Of a stretch of DNA of 64,000 nucleotides, positions 24,846 through 39,330 are shown piece by piece (position 1 is the stretch's first letter; each line of letters begins with the position of its first letter). The notes beneath the pieces are model-generated. The model did not search any database and was not told the origin of the DNA. It saw only the letters and a program-made list of their open reading frames with translations. Made by a program: the position numbers and the translations under genes. The DNA lies in assembly GCA_051362555.1 (NCBI GenBank), contig CM120642.1, forward strand, positions 27,652,001 through 27,716,000, given 5' to 3'. Source of the DNA: Lingula anatina (taxonomy: Eukaryota; Animalia; Brachiopoda).

Positions 24846-25827
24846 TTGTCTCAGTAAATCGTGTACATCTAATATCTACATCCGGCAGTAGCTCTTCGTC
24901 CCCGTATGTTTATCCCTGTATTAGGTTTTATTATTGTGTTCCTTTTTTTGGGGATGCTTTGATATGTACCCAGAAAACCTTTTTTGTGTGTGTGAACACG
25001 GCTGATAATGCCTTAACCCGACTTTACTTTACTTCACAGAGATATAATGTATTTCATATACATTTGCCCGCATTCCTCAATAGCATCACTGCAGAATATA
25101 TTTATATATATATTTTATATGACCTGCATATAACATTACAGGTTTTTCTTCCTGACAGCGTCATGCAAGATTAACACTGTGACAATATGGAGTGTGTCCT
25201 GTTTTATTTTCAATAAGTGAAACATCAGCTGGTTTTTTCCTTTAATACAAGGGCCACATTTTATTATAAAAATATATTTTCCAATGATATTGTAACTAAG
25301 AGACCTACTCTGATTAAATGACAATGGTTTATATTGATACTCGTATATCAAGAAATACAATATATGGATTTTTCATATATGTATTTCCTTCTTAATATTG
25401 TTCGATTTTGGTAAAAAAAAACATCGTAACAATTTAAGCATGTATGTGTTTTCAGTGTTTTATTCGAATATGGCATATTGTACATGTCATTGTGGTGTAT
25501 CGGTAGTAATACATCTGGCCCCAAACGCAGTTGTCACTGCATGTAACAATGCATGTTAATGTATTTGATAACCGCCTCACTCAATCAGTTGTCAAACTGA
25601 AAACCTACTGACATGCTTCATATGAATCAAAGAACCGAGAGAAAGACCTCGTCAATGGATATGTTTTGTCCAATTTTTGCTTGCGAGGTCACTCAGGGTT
25701 AATTTAATCATTTCTGATTCGAGTGTATTTTTTCCCTGTAGCATTGAGTTGGGGAAACGACTCACATGAGTTCGAGGTGACCGCATCTACACGTATCTGT
25801 GTGTGTGTGTTCTTTTACATTTCAAAC

Positions 25828-25981
25828 CAGGCCCGTAGCTAGCTTTTGCAGAAGTGGGTTCTTTTACTGAAAAAGTGGACCTTTTTTCATGAAACCTTAG
25901 TTTACGTAGATCAAATTTACCCAGAGTGGACCTTTTTCCAGCAAAAAGGGGGGTCCTTTCGAACCCCTGGCTACGGGCCTA
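25828..25981. mobile_element. MITE, CAGGCCCGTAGC family (copy 2)
   Basis: TIRs 'caggcccgtagc' and 'gctacgggcct'; internal similarity to 18189-18354. Confidence 0.75.
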
Positions 25982-26688
25982 CAGACGCACTTGCTACATG
26001 TATACGGGTACTTGTTGTCGTTTTGGATGCTTAATTTACTGTCCTTCATAGTGCTTTATCTTGTGTACACAAACATAAAACGTATTCACTCTGGTATTGT
26101 TCCTTTAACATAGTCGCCGATAGAGGGGTCATTAATCAGCAGTGGCTATTCTTTTCTGAATCGAGGTCTGTGAATTGGTTTGTTTATACATGTACGCAGA
26201 GAAAAATTGCTCAAGCTTTACAGGTGAATTAAATGAAGGCGGGGTTCTAAAATGCCCAATTAAAAGTCCGGTACTTTTTTCACCAAGACCTTAATAGTGC
26301 ATCATAAATTCTTGGCCTTCACATTATACTGAGGTTAAAGAAGCACAACACGTCCCATGAACTGTATGGCCGGATTTGTAATGCAAATGGCCATTTAACC
26401 TTTCTGCAAGGCGAGAGGTGGTGATCTCAAATTATTTTTAGATGTCACCCGAAACATTTTTGAAATGGGCAACATCATTCTATCACATTGACAAAATGCG
26501 TTAGACACCTTCAACTGTACAATATGAAAAGTTGATGTATTCCCGTTAACTATTTTATGGGTGTAAATATGTATCTTGCCAGCCCTAGAAAAACTGAACC
26601 ATTGTCCACTATTACTTGTGAGGTAACTGTAAAAAAAGCATCACGTCAAAAACACTTAAGTACAGAATCCCACCGATTTTAATACTCA

Positions 26689-26693
<5 letters not shown>

Positions 26694-26744
<51 letters not shown>

Positions 26745-26757
26745 GATAGAGAGAGAG
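26694..26757. repeat. (GA)n microsatellite
   Basis: Directly visible. Confidence 0.95.
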
Positions 26758-27358
26758 GCTAAGTCATGTTATTTGCCATTCCTATAGCATTCCCAATAAC
26801 CTGGGGTACATGTGCTTCTGAGGCCTCCAGGGAAGTTGTGTTCGATTTGTATGCCAGAACTAGATGTATATGTTTGGGGGTTTGCCAGTACTTTAATTAT
26901 ATGCACTAACATGAACCAAGCATCACTGTCATGTCTGTATCAGGGTGCACTGTCCTTTCTTTTGTCTTTCCCGTTAAAAGGTTCGCGACAAGATAATCAC
27001 CTCATCTGTTTTTAGAACGATTAAGAAACTAATATACTTAAAAATATTTTTTGCCAAAAAACAAACTTGCTCTTGCTTTTATATCAAATCGAAAGGTTTT
27101 ATGGTATTATATACTCTAAGGGCATGTTTTGCATAGCAATTGGGATTACTTATTTAATCTGGATAATACAGCTTAGGTGTCATTTCTTGGTATATTTATA
27201 ACAACGTTGGTGGCCTTTGTCTGCAATAATGACTCACTGAAGGAAATGGAATAGAGCATAGGTTTTGGGTCTCCGGTCACCTGGCATCTGTGTTAAAAAA
27301 GACATTAACCTCCACAAGCACACAAGCGCGGGCACTCGCATGCACGCAAGCACGCACG

Positions 27359-27403
27359 CACACACACACACACACACGCACACACACACACACACACACA
27401 CAC
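27359..27403. repeat. (CA)n microsatellite
   Basis: Directly visible; explains the HTHT and VCVC ORFs. Confidence 0.95.
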
Positions 27404-30400
27404 TGCTGGCCTCCATTCAAAATAATAATAATAATAACAATTATCAGCCACCGAGGGCTGGAGCTTTCCAGACTTTCAAATATGTCAGGTGATAATCAGC
27501 GCGCCTAGCTCAGGGTAGAGATGAGACATCGAATGCCAATATGAAGGAAATGCACACATGTGACAATATCATACAAGCTGTCACTATATGCTATGATAGG
27601 TGTTATAGAACGCCGCGTGAACGATCTTGTTTCACCTAGGCATTGTTATCACATGGCGTTTTTTTTTATTCGGGAGGAGGATGCAAATTCCTTTGATCCA
27701 TTTTGAGGCCATATTTTGGTCTGGTTTAGTTTCTTTCACTGGTCATCTATAGGTGATCTCTAGTTTAATTCTGTTCCATTCTAAGACCCGTTAAAACATC
27801 TTAGTTTTTGTAATAATTAATACTGGAACAATTCGCTCGGATACGCACATAGACTGTATTTATTCGATGTTAGATGGCGAAATTCAAATCCCAAGCTGAC
27901 ATTTTTTTTCACATCTACCGGTATTCGTCCTACCAAAAGACACAAGGACGGGGGCGTTCACTGATGATAAACACCCAAATACCGAAGTCACTGTAATGTT
28001 ACCCTTCCGTGTTTCCGTAGTAGTTGTGCAACATGACATGAATATAAATCGAGCAATCATTACAATTTAAGTCAAGCTTATCTTTCGTTAAGCCGACCTT
28101 AAATGAACCCTGCTTGAAAATAAGATGACGGGGTTGGGATGTATAGGCCTATAAAGCCCGTATCCCTCGCACCGATGTCATTTTACGCCTCCTACGCATG
28201 TCCGAATTATAAATCAGTTGCTCTTATCAAATGTCTTTCAAATATTGATTGATAAACTGCGAGTCGTCCTACGACAAAACGGTGCGTGGGTTAATTGGTA
28301 AATGTTTCGCAGTAAAGCAAACTTTTCTGATAGATTTAACGGACAGTAAAAAAAGTTGAAAAATAAGACGTCCCGCACGAATTCAAAGTTATTGTTGTAA
28401 AGGAGTAGCGTTGTACGAAGTAATAATATATGTACCAGTAGTAGTAGGAGGAATTAATTTTATGTTGAAAAACAATTAGTGTGGTTTAAAGAGAGAAAAA
28501 TAGAGATTCTACATGTAATAAGAGTGTCAAATTCTCACACTTGCAAGTCCTTTATCATTTCAATGTGTTAAGTTTTGTGGAAAATTCTAAACACCAGCAT
28601 ATAGGAAAGCTCGTGGAAATATATTTATATATACCATGTATACCAGTACTTAACCTTGTTTAAATCAGACTCGGCAATATTTCCCTGTGCAGTTCAATGT
28701 GTCATTTACTATATTATAAGTAGCGGAGGTTTTTCTAAAGGTGTTGGAAGGTGAGGGTGTTAGCTTTCCTCCTCTGACATCTTTTCTGAAATGACACCTA
28801 TATTCAGCATGCTTCGGTGAGCTACTCGTATAAAGTCTGTTTACGTATCAAGCTCGATCTTTCAATTATGCCATTTATGGCGTAAGGTTATAAAAAAGAC
28901 ATGAAAACGCATAATAAATCATCATCATTTCTGTCAAAAGTAAAGTATCATTTTTAAAAACATGTCTTGAATAAAACCGAAATACCGCGCTAATATTAAG
29001 TGTCTTTAACCTGGTGTGTCTCGTGGAAGAGATAAGAGCGTTCTTAAAAAGCATAAATCAAAACCTGACAACCTCGAAAACAACTCAATCTTGTTTAAAA
29101 CCACAATTATATTATTTCAGTGTAAATAATTTAAAAAAAAAACTATTGCAAAATTGCATACTTATGTAAAGAATATATTAAAATACCCTGAAACTAGGAC
29201 CCCAGTGCCCTGCAGAGCAAGCAAATCCATAATAACAGAAAAATCATGGTCACGACTGTATGCAAAGGAAACGACATGAGTGACACCTTTCGTAAACTTC
29301 TCAAACGAACGCGACAGCCTAATACATCTCTATCAGCAACTTTACAAAAAGACCAGCCAACAACAAACTCGGCACCTGTAAGTGGTGTTATGGAGATAAA
29401 AAAATCTGTATCAGCGATAAATTTCCACAGTAGTGAGTAATGTTTTCTTAATCGAAAACATAGACTTTGACTCAACTGCGTGATGCACTATTAATCAAAT
29501 TAAGAAAATGGATAAGTGAAAGTGGCCTACGCAATGTTTTATAGCTTTAACTTGTGACTGAACACTTTTTGATTTAGAGTGTGTTAAATCTCCTTTCACC
29601 TCTTTGCATTATATGTCTTATATCAACCAAAAATGTTCATATCGTCCTGTCATTATTTAATGAATATTAAATTATGCAGAAGTTTCGTTCTGTACATTTT
29701 CTGTTAGAAAATCGTGTCTCTCGGAAAGGCGTGTTTGAATCGGTTTGGTATCTTTTGTTAATTATATAAACACACGAGAATCTTTTAAACAGTTCACAAA
29801 AAGGTAAGAAAATATGGTGCGGTGTTATTAATGCGATTTATATCGAACGGTCCCTGTGAACCAGCTGTTCCCTTGTAGGTAGGCGTGATAATGGAGATAA
29901 AAAGATGTGTAAGAGAGAGAGAGAGAGATTCATTAGTTGCTGCTTAATTTAATCAAGTAAATGAGTGAATGTTTTTGGCCATCCGGTAGAATTTGAATCA
30001 GGAATATGTATCAATCGAATTTTGAAACTTACGTGGTGAAATTCAACGATTAACCTACGTTGCGGTCTCACCCTGAGGCCTTTAACATGGTAAGGAGCTG
30101 GATGTCACCTTGTTTAGTGTCATACGGGTACTGTACGGAAAAGTTTAATCTCTCCAACACCGGGGACTGGGCGCTGGTGACCTTATGACACTAAATAAGG
30201 TGACCGGTCCATCCAGGTCATTACCAAGTAACGAGTCTTGATTGAGGCTGCAACGCCCGTTAGTCGATAAAGCTTACCATGTACATTTAAGTTCCAGAAT
30301 AAGATTGATATACATTTCCTGATAATCAAGTAAACATATTACTGAAGACATAGTCATTTTCATCAGAATCTAATACCACACTCATGTATCGGCCTTCAAA

Positions 30401-31251
30401 TGAATTTCAGCTTGAAAGTGGTCAATTTACCTATTTATAATACATAAAATATTGTCCAAACTTTATTGCTACTCAATTGGTCATAAACTGGAAATTGGCA
30501 TATCATCATGTCCACATCCCTCACTTTAAAACCACATAAACTGTAGTGCCCGCGCTGAGTGAGGTCTGCCAAAGTGGGCTCATACTAATGTGCCTTGAAA
30601 TATGTCAATATATCATTCTTTTGCATTTGTATGTTGCTCAACATTTGTATTTGTATAACGCTGGGGAAGACATGGGGTGTGTCAATGTAAAAGTATAGTA
30701 GTTTCGACATGTAAAACGTTATGAATGATATACTGTATCTTTTCGTTTCAATTAAGTACGGAGTGAATTAATCTCTGTCTCTGTCTGTCTCTCTCTCTCT
30801 CTCATGCATAAAAGCACATCCAGTTTATTTAAAAGACATACCGCCATACATGTATGCTCCATCATGTTATAATTATTTTTATTATAACTGTTATTATTAT
30901 TATTGGTTTTTGGCTGGCGGCGTAGTTTACTTCATATTTCTAAATAATATGTATTCCTGTTCTGGGGATAAATAAATGCCTACATATATTTGTGTCTAAA
31001 GGGGATGGGGTAGTCCAGTAATGAAAAAAGAAAAAAAAACGCCGGGCTCCATATATTTTCTGCCAAAAAGCTCTGTACGGATTGATAATTGCCTTCTCCC
31101 TTTTTTTATTTATCAGGGGCTCATGTGCGAACACCGATCCGAGTCATTACTACTGAAGCAATTCTCTGCCAGCTGCTTCTAGACGTATAAATAACGTTGC
31201 ATAATTCACTCGTTGGCCAGAGGTTAAAAAACATCCAGGCTCCACGACGAA

Positions 31252-31299
31252 ATGCCGAAGATTGCCGAGGAGCAGTCCCGATCGGGCGAGTCTGGACAG
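31252..31299 (+). CDS. Candidate first coding exon of the giant FAMeT-repeat gene (MPKIAEEQSRSGESGQ)
   Basis: ATG at 31252 and a strong donor CAG|GTAAGC at 31299/31300. The phase-0 end matches the phase-0 acceptor at 39331. Locally GC/CpG-richer. An in-frame ATG at 39361 is an alternative start. Confidence 0.45.
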
Positions 31300-33899
31300 G
31301 TAAGCAACTCGAGCTGGCAATTTTACTATTCTTATTGTGTTACAATTTCGTGTTGTTGATGCATCTTATACGAGAAACATAGGTGGAAAGGACAGCGTGT
31401 AATTTTCGGATTATCTGCGCCGATAGGTAAAAGAATTGCTTGCTTGCTTGTTTAAATCTCGTGCCGTTTTTCAGTCGGCCGGACGGTCGATTGGGTAGGC
31501 AGACAATCTTTCTGTTTGCTTCAATTGTCAGTGACGATGTTTGGCTCATAGCAGGTGTATGCGTTATACAGAAATAGTACCTACGCATTCCAATTTGATG
31601 TGACATTTAATCACAGAATGTAATCCTTAAAGCTAATATTTGACATCATTATTACTTTTTAAACTTTGAGTTCCTTATCGGCCTCTCAAAGTATTCTTAA
31701 CACTCCATATACATGTCAAAGTGATATTATAGTTTCCTTGGAAGACAACGAGTCATCCCATGTTTATGTTTGAATATGATATGAAAGCAAATAGTATTTT
31801 GATTTAACACATATATTTAGAGTTCACTTTTGTACACGTACGGCACGAGCATATTCTTGCACTGTTTTTTTTTCACTTAGCCTTGAAAGATTTAATGGTA
31901 GTGCAAAGTTAATGGAAAATTGTTCTTTTGGCCTTAATTGGCTAAGCCACAGGTTGTTCCAGGTCGTGATAGGGGATTCACCTGATGGTCAATATTACAA
32001 AATGGCCCTTTGAAGACTTTTGCCCCCCTCTTCTTAAAAAAATTAAGACAGCCTACACTTAGTTAATAGAATAGAATTAATCGTTTAATCTTTTTTAACT
32101 AATAATGGAACGCGTGTACCTCCTACATCTAAACCCTTTCAGATGTTTTTAAGGTTCATGGGCTGTTTTTTATATAATGCAGCACTTTAAATCATTCTAT
32201 AAACAGCAAGTTGAAACAACTAGGCATTTCACTGCACATTAAAAAGTTTTTTTTTTAATTTAAAACGCTCGTTAAGATTTCCCACTGTGGGTGACCCAGC
32301 TGACTTAAAAACCTGCTCAACCCATAACTTTTTAATGCATCCGCTTATCAAATTTGAACAACACTTAAAATATATTAGGCACACAATGTACACTTAAAAG
32401 TGTAATGTATTCTGTATATATATAGCTGTCTGAATACCGAATGAGCCGAGAGATCGGCGAAAAGTCAAACGGGAGTGATTAGTCAATGATGCATTGCTTT
32501 AAGGAGCTGCAGCTGTTTCTTTGGCGGTCTTAAAATATATGTAATTTTTCTTACATTGGTGGATAATCAACTGCTCCCGCAACTGTGGAGGATGATGCAT
32601 AATAATAAATAGATACCTGGGAGTTAATCACGTGCAGGATCTATTTAGGGCAGCGCTTATGACTGCGGTTGTTTTCTCTATGTGAGAACATGTCTGCAGA
32701 GATGTATGTTTCCTTACGTCAGCCATCGGGAACTCAATATGCTCTTCTGTCCCAGAAATTGGCTCCCCGCTGCCGCTCCTGCTGCGCACTTACTTCTCCT
32801 CCAGTAGGGATGGCATTGTAGAAATTTTAAGGTATAGTTTACGGAGTGCAAACGACTGGTGATGCGTTCGTCTATGTGTATGTGTGTGTTACGTTTGTCA
32901 TTAGAACAATATTTTTTGATGATTTTGTCAATCAGCTAGTCACTTCATACCACCCTACCGAAACAGCATGCAGAAATTTTTCGTCTTAGATGTATGAGAT
33001 ATTTCTAGTTTATATATGTAACCACACAATACGCGTCTTAATATATTATGCAGGTTGTGACAAGACGAACATGTAAAAGTGTACTAAGGTTATTATAATT
33101 TTATGATTATGCAAAACAAGATGCTTCTGGCATATGTAGCACTTAAGGAACTTGAAGCATACGTATCAGTCATGTTTACCAGCGGTATCATTTGGTTTTA
33201 CCAGTTGGTTAACAACATCCAGCAGTGTTGTACAGCATGTGTGTTATGCATATTTTTTGTGACATAGATTTATTGAAATACATATTCTACGGAATCTGTG
33301 AATGCTGGAGACCTTCAGTTTTCTCTAATTATATTTGATTTATATTTATCTGTCACTTTACTTGTATTCTATGCATGAAGACAGTGTTTTTTCTTTTGCC
33401 ACGGAATGGTGTTTGGTAGTTATCTATCAATTAACCCATGTGGGATTCTGCCTTCTTCAGAATAGCCCATTTCTCCTCGCTCTTGTATCCTATTTTCTCT
33501 GGCTCATCTAAAGAAAAAAGTTTATGCCGACACGACCTACTGCGTTTGTTGTATAAATTTACTCCTCCACGGGGCAATACACGCGACTTTAATCCTAAAA
33601 CCTTTACAAGTATTTGTATTAGTAACTATATATGAATGGCACATGCATGCACTGGGGCTTGCCGCGGACTCATCGCAAACGAAGTTTATTTGAATACAAC
33701 ATTTGATAAAACATTTGCCATTGAAGAGGCCGCATTATGTACATACCAAATAGTCTAGTCATGCTTATTAGATCAGCGATAAGTGCTGTATGTTATAGCT
33801 CTCGGACATAAAGGTAATATGAACAGAAACTAAAAGCATTGGCCATACAGTTTTATGGACTTGGTGTTAACAGTCTTGATATAGCAGTGTGGTGTTTTC

Positions 33900-34009
33900 T
33901 TTTTAGAAAGGTGTTCGACCCACCTTAAAGGAGGGGGGCTGTGGTGTTCTTTGTACTAGACGCTTTAAACCCCCCTCCCTTAAAGGCGGGTGGAACACCT
34001 TTCTAAAAG
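33900..34009. repeat. Near-perfect inverted repeat (~40-bp arms, ~30-nt loop)
   Basis: 'ttttagaaaggtgttcgacccaccttaaaggagggggg' versus 'cccccctcccttaaaggcgggtggaacacctttctaaaa'. Confidence 0.8.
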
Positions 34010-36896
34010 GATGTACTACAAAACTATGGTGGGTCTAGGGAAGGGCCCTGGGTCACGGGCCCCTTCCGTTTTAGTGTTGCAAGTCCCCCTTTCTCCAGTG
34101 TTCATTTTTATAACAGCCTTTAACAAGCTAAACGAGAAAAAACCAAACAAAGTACCCATCCCTATGCCTCACATATCCTAGTTGAATTGTTCTAGTCCAC
34201 TATTTTATATAAGCTCGGCAAAACTTTCCGAGTACCCCCCCCCCCAAAGTCCTGAATCTTAGGTTCCACTAGTGCAAGCACATTATCTCCGTAAGAAAGT
34301 AAGGGAAACTAGTAACGGTATTGTTGTGCCGGGAGAGCAAACTTGCTCTCAGAGTTAACGCAGATGGTATTTCCTCCTATATTGTTCAGACGATTCACCT
34401 CATCGTAACTCGACCACTATAAGGGTGTCCTGAGAGCACCGTAAGCTATGCGCAGCCTCCTGGCGGGGGCGCATATTTTAGAGCCCACCAAATCCACATC
34501 TAATCCAATACTACGCTGTATGCTGGAAATGCCTTTAATACCTTTATGTCTTCAGGAAAAAAATGAAAAAGATATAAGTTCTGATTATGGCTTAGTCAGA
34601 ACCACATCAAATGGTACTTGAGTTACAGGTAAATGCTTCCAAGTATTTGTCATACAGCGATCAGCACTAAAATGACTTCGTCTGATTAGGATGATGTGAA
34701 TAAATTGGTGTTTGACTTGGTTACCAGTTGCCCAGCTGTTAGAAAAGCCAGTCTTGGGTTATGGGTATAATCGTTACGTTATGTAGATAAAAAGTTGCCT
34801 TTGTGGATCGTTGTTTCTCCTCGGGGTATTAAAATGTATATCCCAGCCAACTAAACACCAATAGACCACGAGTCAATTATAACGTTGCCGGAGTTAATGA
34901 CACCTTTGGAGCTGGGAGCCGTCTTTTAAAACAACTTTATTAGTACATTTGTCCACAAGATTATTACCAGCGAAGTCCAAAACACGAACAGTCTGCTATG
35001 ATTTTATTAATATTGTAGGCCTAATGAAGTTTATTTCAAAATTGTTATTTAATATCATACTGTTTTGACGATTTTGAAATATGGTTTATGAAATCATTTT
35101 CTTTCTCAGATATCTACTTGGAGCATACTAGTATATGGCCGAAAATGTTTGTGTTTACTAAAATCAGACGTTACCAGTAGCATAATCGTCAGTGTATTCT
35201 ATTTGACATCTAGTACATTTTATTTTTGAATTATTCAATAATGCTGTCACGTCAAAAGTCGTTCTTCGTTTTTTAGTTTATAAGTTTATTGAGCACTAAA
35301 TGATATGAATACATTTGCAGGCTCACTAGACTACATTATTCACACAATATATAAGGATATACATTTATATATGTTTACATATGTAGTATCAGAATAGAAG
35401 AAAAGAATGGATGGTATACATTATATTTGCCACAATTTCGATTCACTTAGTCACAAGAATAAAGTATGCACAAGTGCTATGTGTTGGCGAGAGAACTCCA
35501 GCCAAACTGCACTTTGTATAATGATCTCTCCTGCTATTCATCGGTGAAGGGCCGTCTATGTAAGAGACCAACTATTAGAAATCGTCGCCATTCATGTCCA
35601 ACTATCCGTGAAATAACCAGATGTAACGGAATCCTTGGTCACTTAATGATGGACGACATATAATCGGGACATCCCAGACAGCGGCCATAGGGCACCTTCC
35701 GATATCAGAGGCTTCTAACATAGTATACAAAATGTAGGTATGAGACATACGATAATTTAGTAACAGCTCATGACTACTAGCGCACCCTGTGGCTAGAAAA
35801 TGGTTAAGAAGATGTAACATGGAGTGTGCATAAGCGAACAATAAGCACATAAAATGCATTGAAATAAGCCATCATAATCGTGCAGCAATTTCTTGTAATC
35901 GTCATTAATGATTAACACGTGGACATTTAATACTACTTCCATGTTACTTGCTCAAGAAGATGATTTGATACGTAAATAAATGGTTTATTAAGACTGGTAC
36001 CATATTGGTGCAGTTACACATTCTATCTCAAAAGAAACTGATTATAAAAGCTGGCTTTATTTAAAAAGTGAGACACATTGGTCGGGACCAAAGACAAGAT
36101 TTATTGTGAAATAATTCGTGAGACATGGATAATAACAATTGTTTTAAGAATTCATACCTCTTAGAATGTACTAAAATTCAAATACAGTTTTTTTATTCTA
36201 TTTTATAATTGAAAAAAGCGACATGTTTACTGGTCCGTGTGACTCCAATGCTTCTTCAGAAATAACATGATATTTTGTTTACAATTATTTCTATAACGCT
36301 GTAGTGCAAAGTATTTCCCCCTCTATCTCTCTTATTTTCAGACGCAGTAGTGCGAAGTGTTTCCCCCTCTTTCAATCTCTCTTGCTCTCAGATGTTTTTT
36401 AAAAAACAATTTACCCCTTTCTGAGAAGTATTTTGAATAGCCCAAAATTTCAAAAATTAGTAGGAAATTTTTCTGAATTCCGAAGAGTAGTGTCGTTTCC
36501 TATACATATTTCCTTGGCACACGAGAATTGCCCCCTGTACACCGTGACTCTTAGTATAAATTTTCACTCTGGTTTTGCCGTCCAAATTGTGTTCCTAAAT
36601 ATCATGCACTGAAGACAGATAGGAAAAATTAAAAAAAAAAGAAAAAAGAAAAACTAGAAATACATGTACTCTGATAAACGAAGTAGACCATATTAAGATG
36701 AACGTGTATTGGAAATACGAGGTCCACAGTATTTGAAATATGGCATATATGAACATAAGGAATGGCGCACTATTTATGTAACCTATCAATAATGTAAGAG
36801 TATGGTAGAGAATCTTTGGCGTAAAGGTCATAGTCGGGTTTTATATATATATATATATATGTAGGTATTATGTGTAGAACATGTGTAGAGCAAGTC

Positions 36897-37165
36897 AAGG
36901 GCTCATTTCTAATGAAACTATAGTTCTACACAGATCGATCCAATTCCAAGGGGCCTCTGGCTGAATGCAATCAGATTAACAAATTAACACGCCTCCCCTT
37001 GTTTCCAACGTATTCGCATTATTATCAGCAGTTTTTCTGTGTTCTACTCAACGCCAGGGGGGGGGGGGGGAGCATTAATCTGTTAAACTGATTGCATTCA
37101 GCGAGAGTCCCCGCAGAGTTGGATCGATCTACATCGGACAATAGTTTTATTGGGAATGAGCCCTT
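36897..37165. mobile_element. Palindromic MITE with GGGC termini and a TTA flank (PIF/Harbinger, Tourist-like)
   Basis: TIRs 'aagggctcatttctaatgaaactat' and 'atagttttattgggaatgagccctta'. The arms pair for ~90 bp (gatcgatccaa..ctgaatgcaatcag / ctgattgcattcag..ttggatcgatc). Confidence 0.75.
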
Positions 37166-39330
37166 AGATGTAATTATACTACTATATGTTTCTTCAATTA
37201 TATTCAGTTATACCCGTATGTATTTATGCATTTTGTATTTATTTAGGTATGTGTATTTTACACCTGTTATAGACGGCATTGTTGCGAAATCGACAGATTA
37301 TAGAAAAGTGCAAAAACATTTTACCATAACCACGGGATCAGACGATAACAATGATTTTACATGCATGTTGAACGCCTTTTTAAAGTGGCCTTTAGGCTGA
37401 CTTCTATTAAAAAAACATATTAACCTCTGCAATGTTTTTGTAATAAGAAAACCACAGGTCCCAGCTGCAACTGGCACTTCTCCTGCGGCAATTTAGACCC
37501 TATATTACCACTCGTTAGAAAGTATAACCCACTACCTGGACCCCAGAGAGAGTTTTGTGCAATAGATATTTTAACTGACATTTCTCTGGATATTCACTGG
37601 CTGTGCACATTTCTGTTTTGCTAGGATTTTTGCACATGAACTACCAGTAGGTCATCACCCAGTTATTGTGCTTTAAATTAGCATTCTGAGCACGTTCTCT
37701 CACCAGTAAAAACTTTGTCAATGTGCCTAGTTGATTAATGTAGCTATTCTATTTTATAATATGACGGTATAAACGGCTAAATTAAGTGTTGGTCATTGCG
37801 GCCCAGCTCAGCGTGACAAATGGTTAACTGCGCCATCCCCCCCTCTCTCTCTCCCTCTCAGACACACACACACACACACGCACGAACACACAAACCCACA
37901 CTTAAACATATTTGTTGCTAAGTTTTAGTTTCTATATCAGGATTTCTAAAGGTGATAGTGGCAGTAAAGATAGACGCCCCCCCCCCCCCCCGTCCACTGA
38001 AAAAGATTAAACACATTCCGACATTCCGATAGACAAACGAGGTACACCATAAGGACCAGCTTAATAGATCAAGAAAGGTCGTTGATTTTTTTTATAATTA
38101 GTTTTTCCATTATAATAAATACTTGCTCTATCCAACGGTGTACCGACGCCGCTAGTTTAAGTATTCAGCCCAGATGAAAAAAAAAAGACGAATGAGTAGA
38201 AACAGCAGCTACTGGGTACTGTTGTGATTCTGCCTGTGTTACGTATAACCTTCAAGGAATTAGTTTTATGCTCTCTGCGTGTGAAAGGTGGTTTATCTGG
38301 TTTATATACTACCTAACCGGGGTAGCATCCTGCGTGTTTGAGATCCATGTAAAGTGACGACATATTAACAACTAGTACCAGGGTGAGTGAGAAAAACAGA
38401 ATGTCGTTATCAATGATAGAAGCAACCGTTATCATCTTGCAAATTCCCATAGGTGTCTGAAGGGTAAAGGTAGTCGTTACTTAGAAGAGTAGTTATTACG
38501 ATCATCCAGACTGTTGCAAGGGATGAGATAAACGAGGCACTTGCAGCGTCCTTGGTTTCCCCAGACTTATTTTAACAACATGGCTGGCAAGAGAGTAGTT
38601 GTTCTGATCCCCCAGCAGAGAGTTGTTTGGCATCCATTTCTTTAGCTGCTATCCACGGGCCTGGTTAGTTATCTACTTTGTATATACCATGACTTATAAT
38701 TTAACTTCAGATGCACGTATGTTAAACATTAACGTTGTTATTACATATAAGTTATGATGATATCGCAGTTTTGGGCTTGGACTCATGAGGTCGTTTTCAG
38801 TTGTTGGTCCGTTTCTTTTTATACATCGTGTAATTATTAATCAAGTTTCACAGAGTCCCCTATACGACCCAGACATATTGGTTTTGCCTCTGTGGGTGTT
38901 AATTTGCACTGCGCAGCATGAAATGCAATGTTAACGATCTGTAAATGTTTTCACATTTCGGTCAATCTGCAACAAATTACCCCCTAAGGCCCGCTTTCCA
39001 TCAGACTGCCTCATTTTCGGCCTCCAGAGTGAAGTGTTTAAATGATGAAAATGAGGTCAGAATGTTGGATAGCAGTTTATTTGAAATATTCAATCAAAAC
39101 TTTCTGAAATAAATATCAGGATGCCTAGGACTACCTGTGGTGTTGAACGTTTTCTGCTGTAGTGGTTTGCAAAGAAAAGATTAGTGAACACATATATGGC
39201 AAATTATGTAGCTGCATGGTGGCTAAATTGTGAATAATCGTTATTCTGTTTTAAGTAGGTCCAAATTCTGAATCTGACTCGTAAATAAAATGATTTTCCG
39301 ACGTTTTTACACATTTTTTTCTTACTTCAG

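Noticed and set aside
24773-25174. ORFs starting MHSARVPAE at 24773 and 37092
   Set aside because: The shared N-terminus comes from the MITE arm, not from a gene family.
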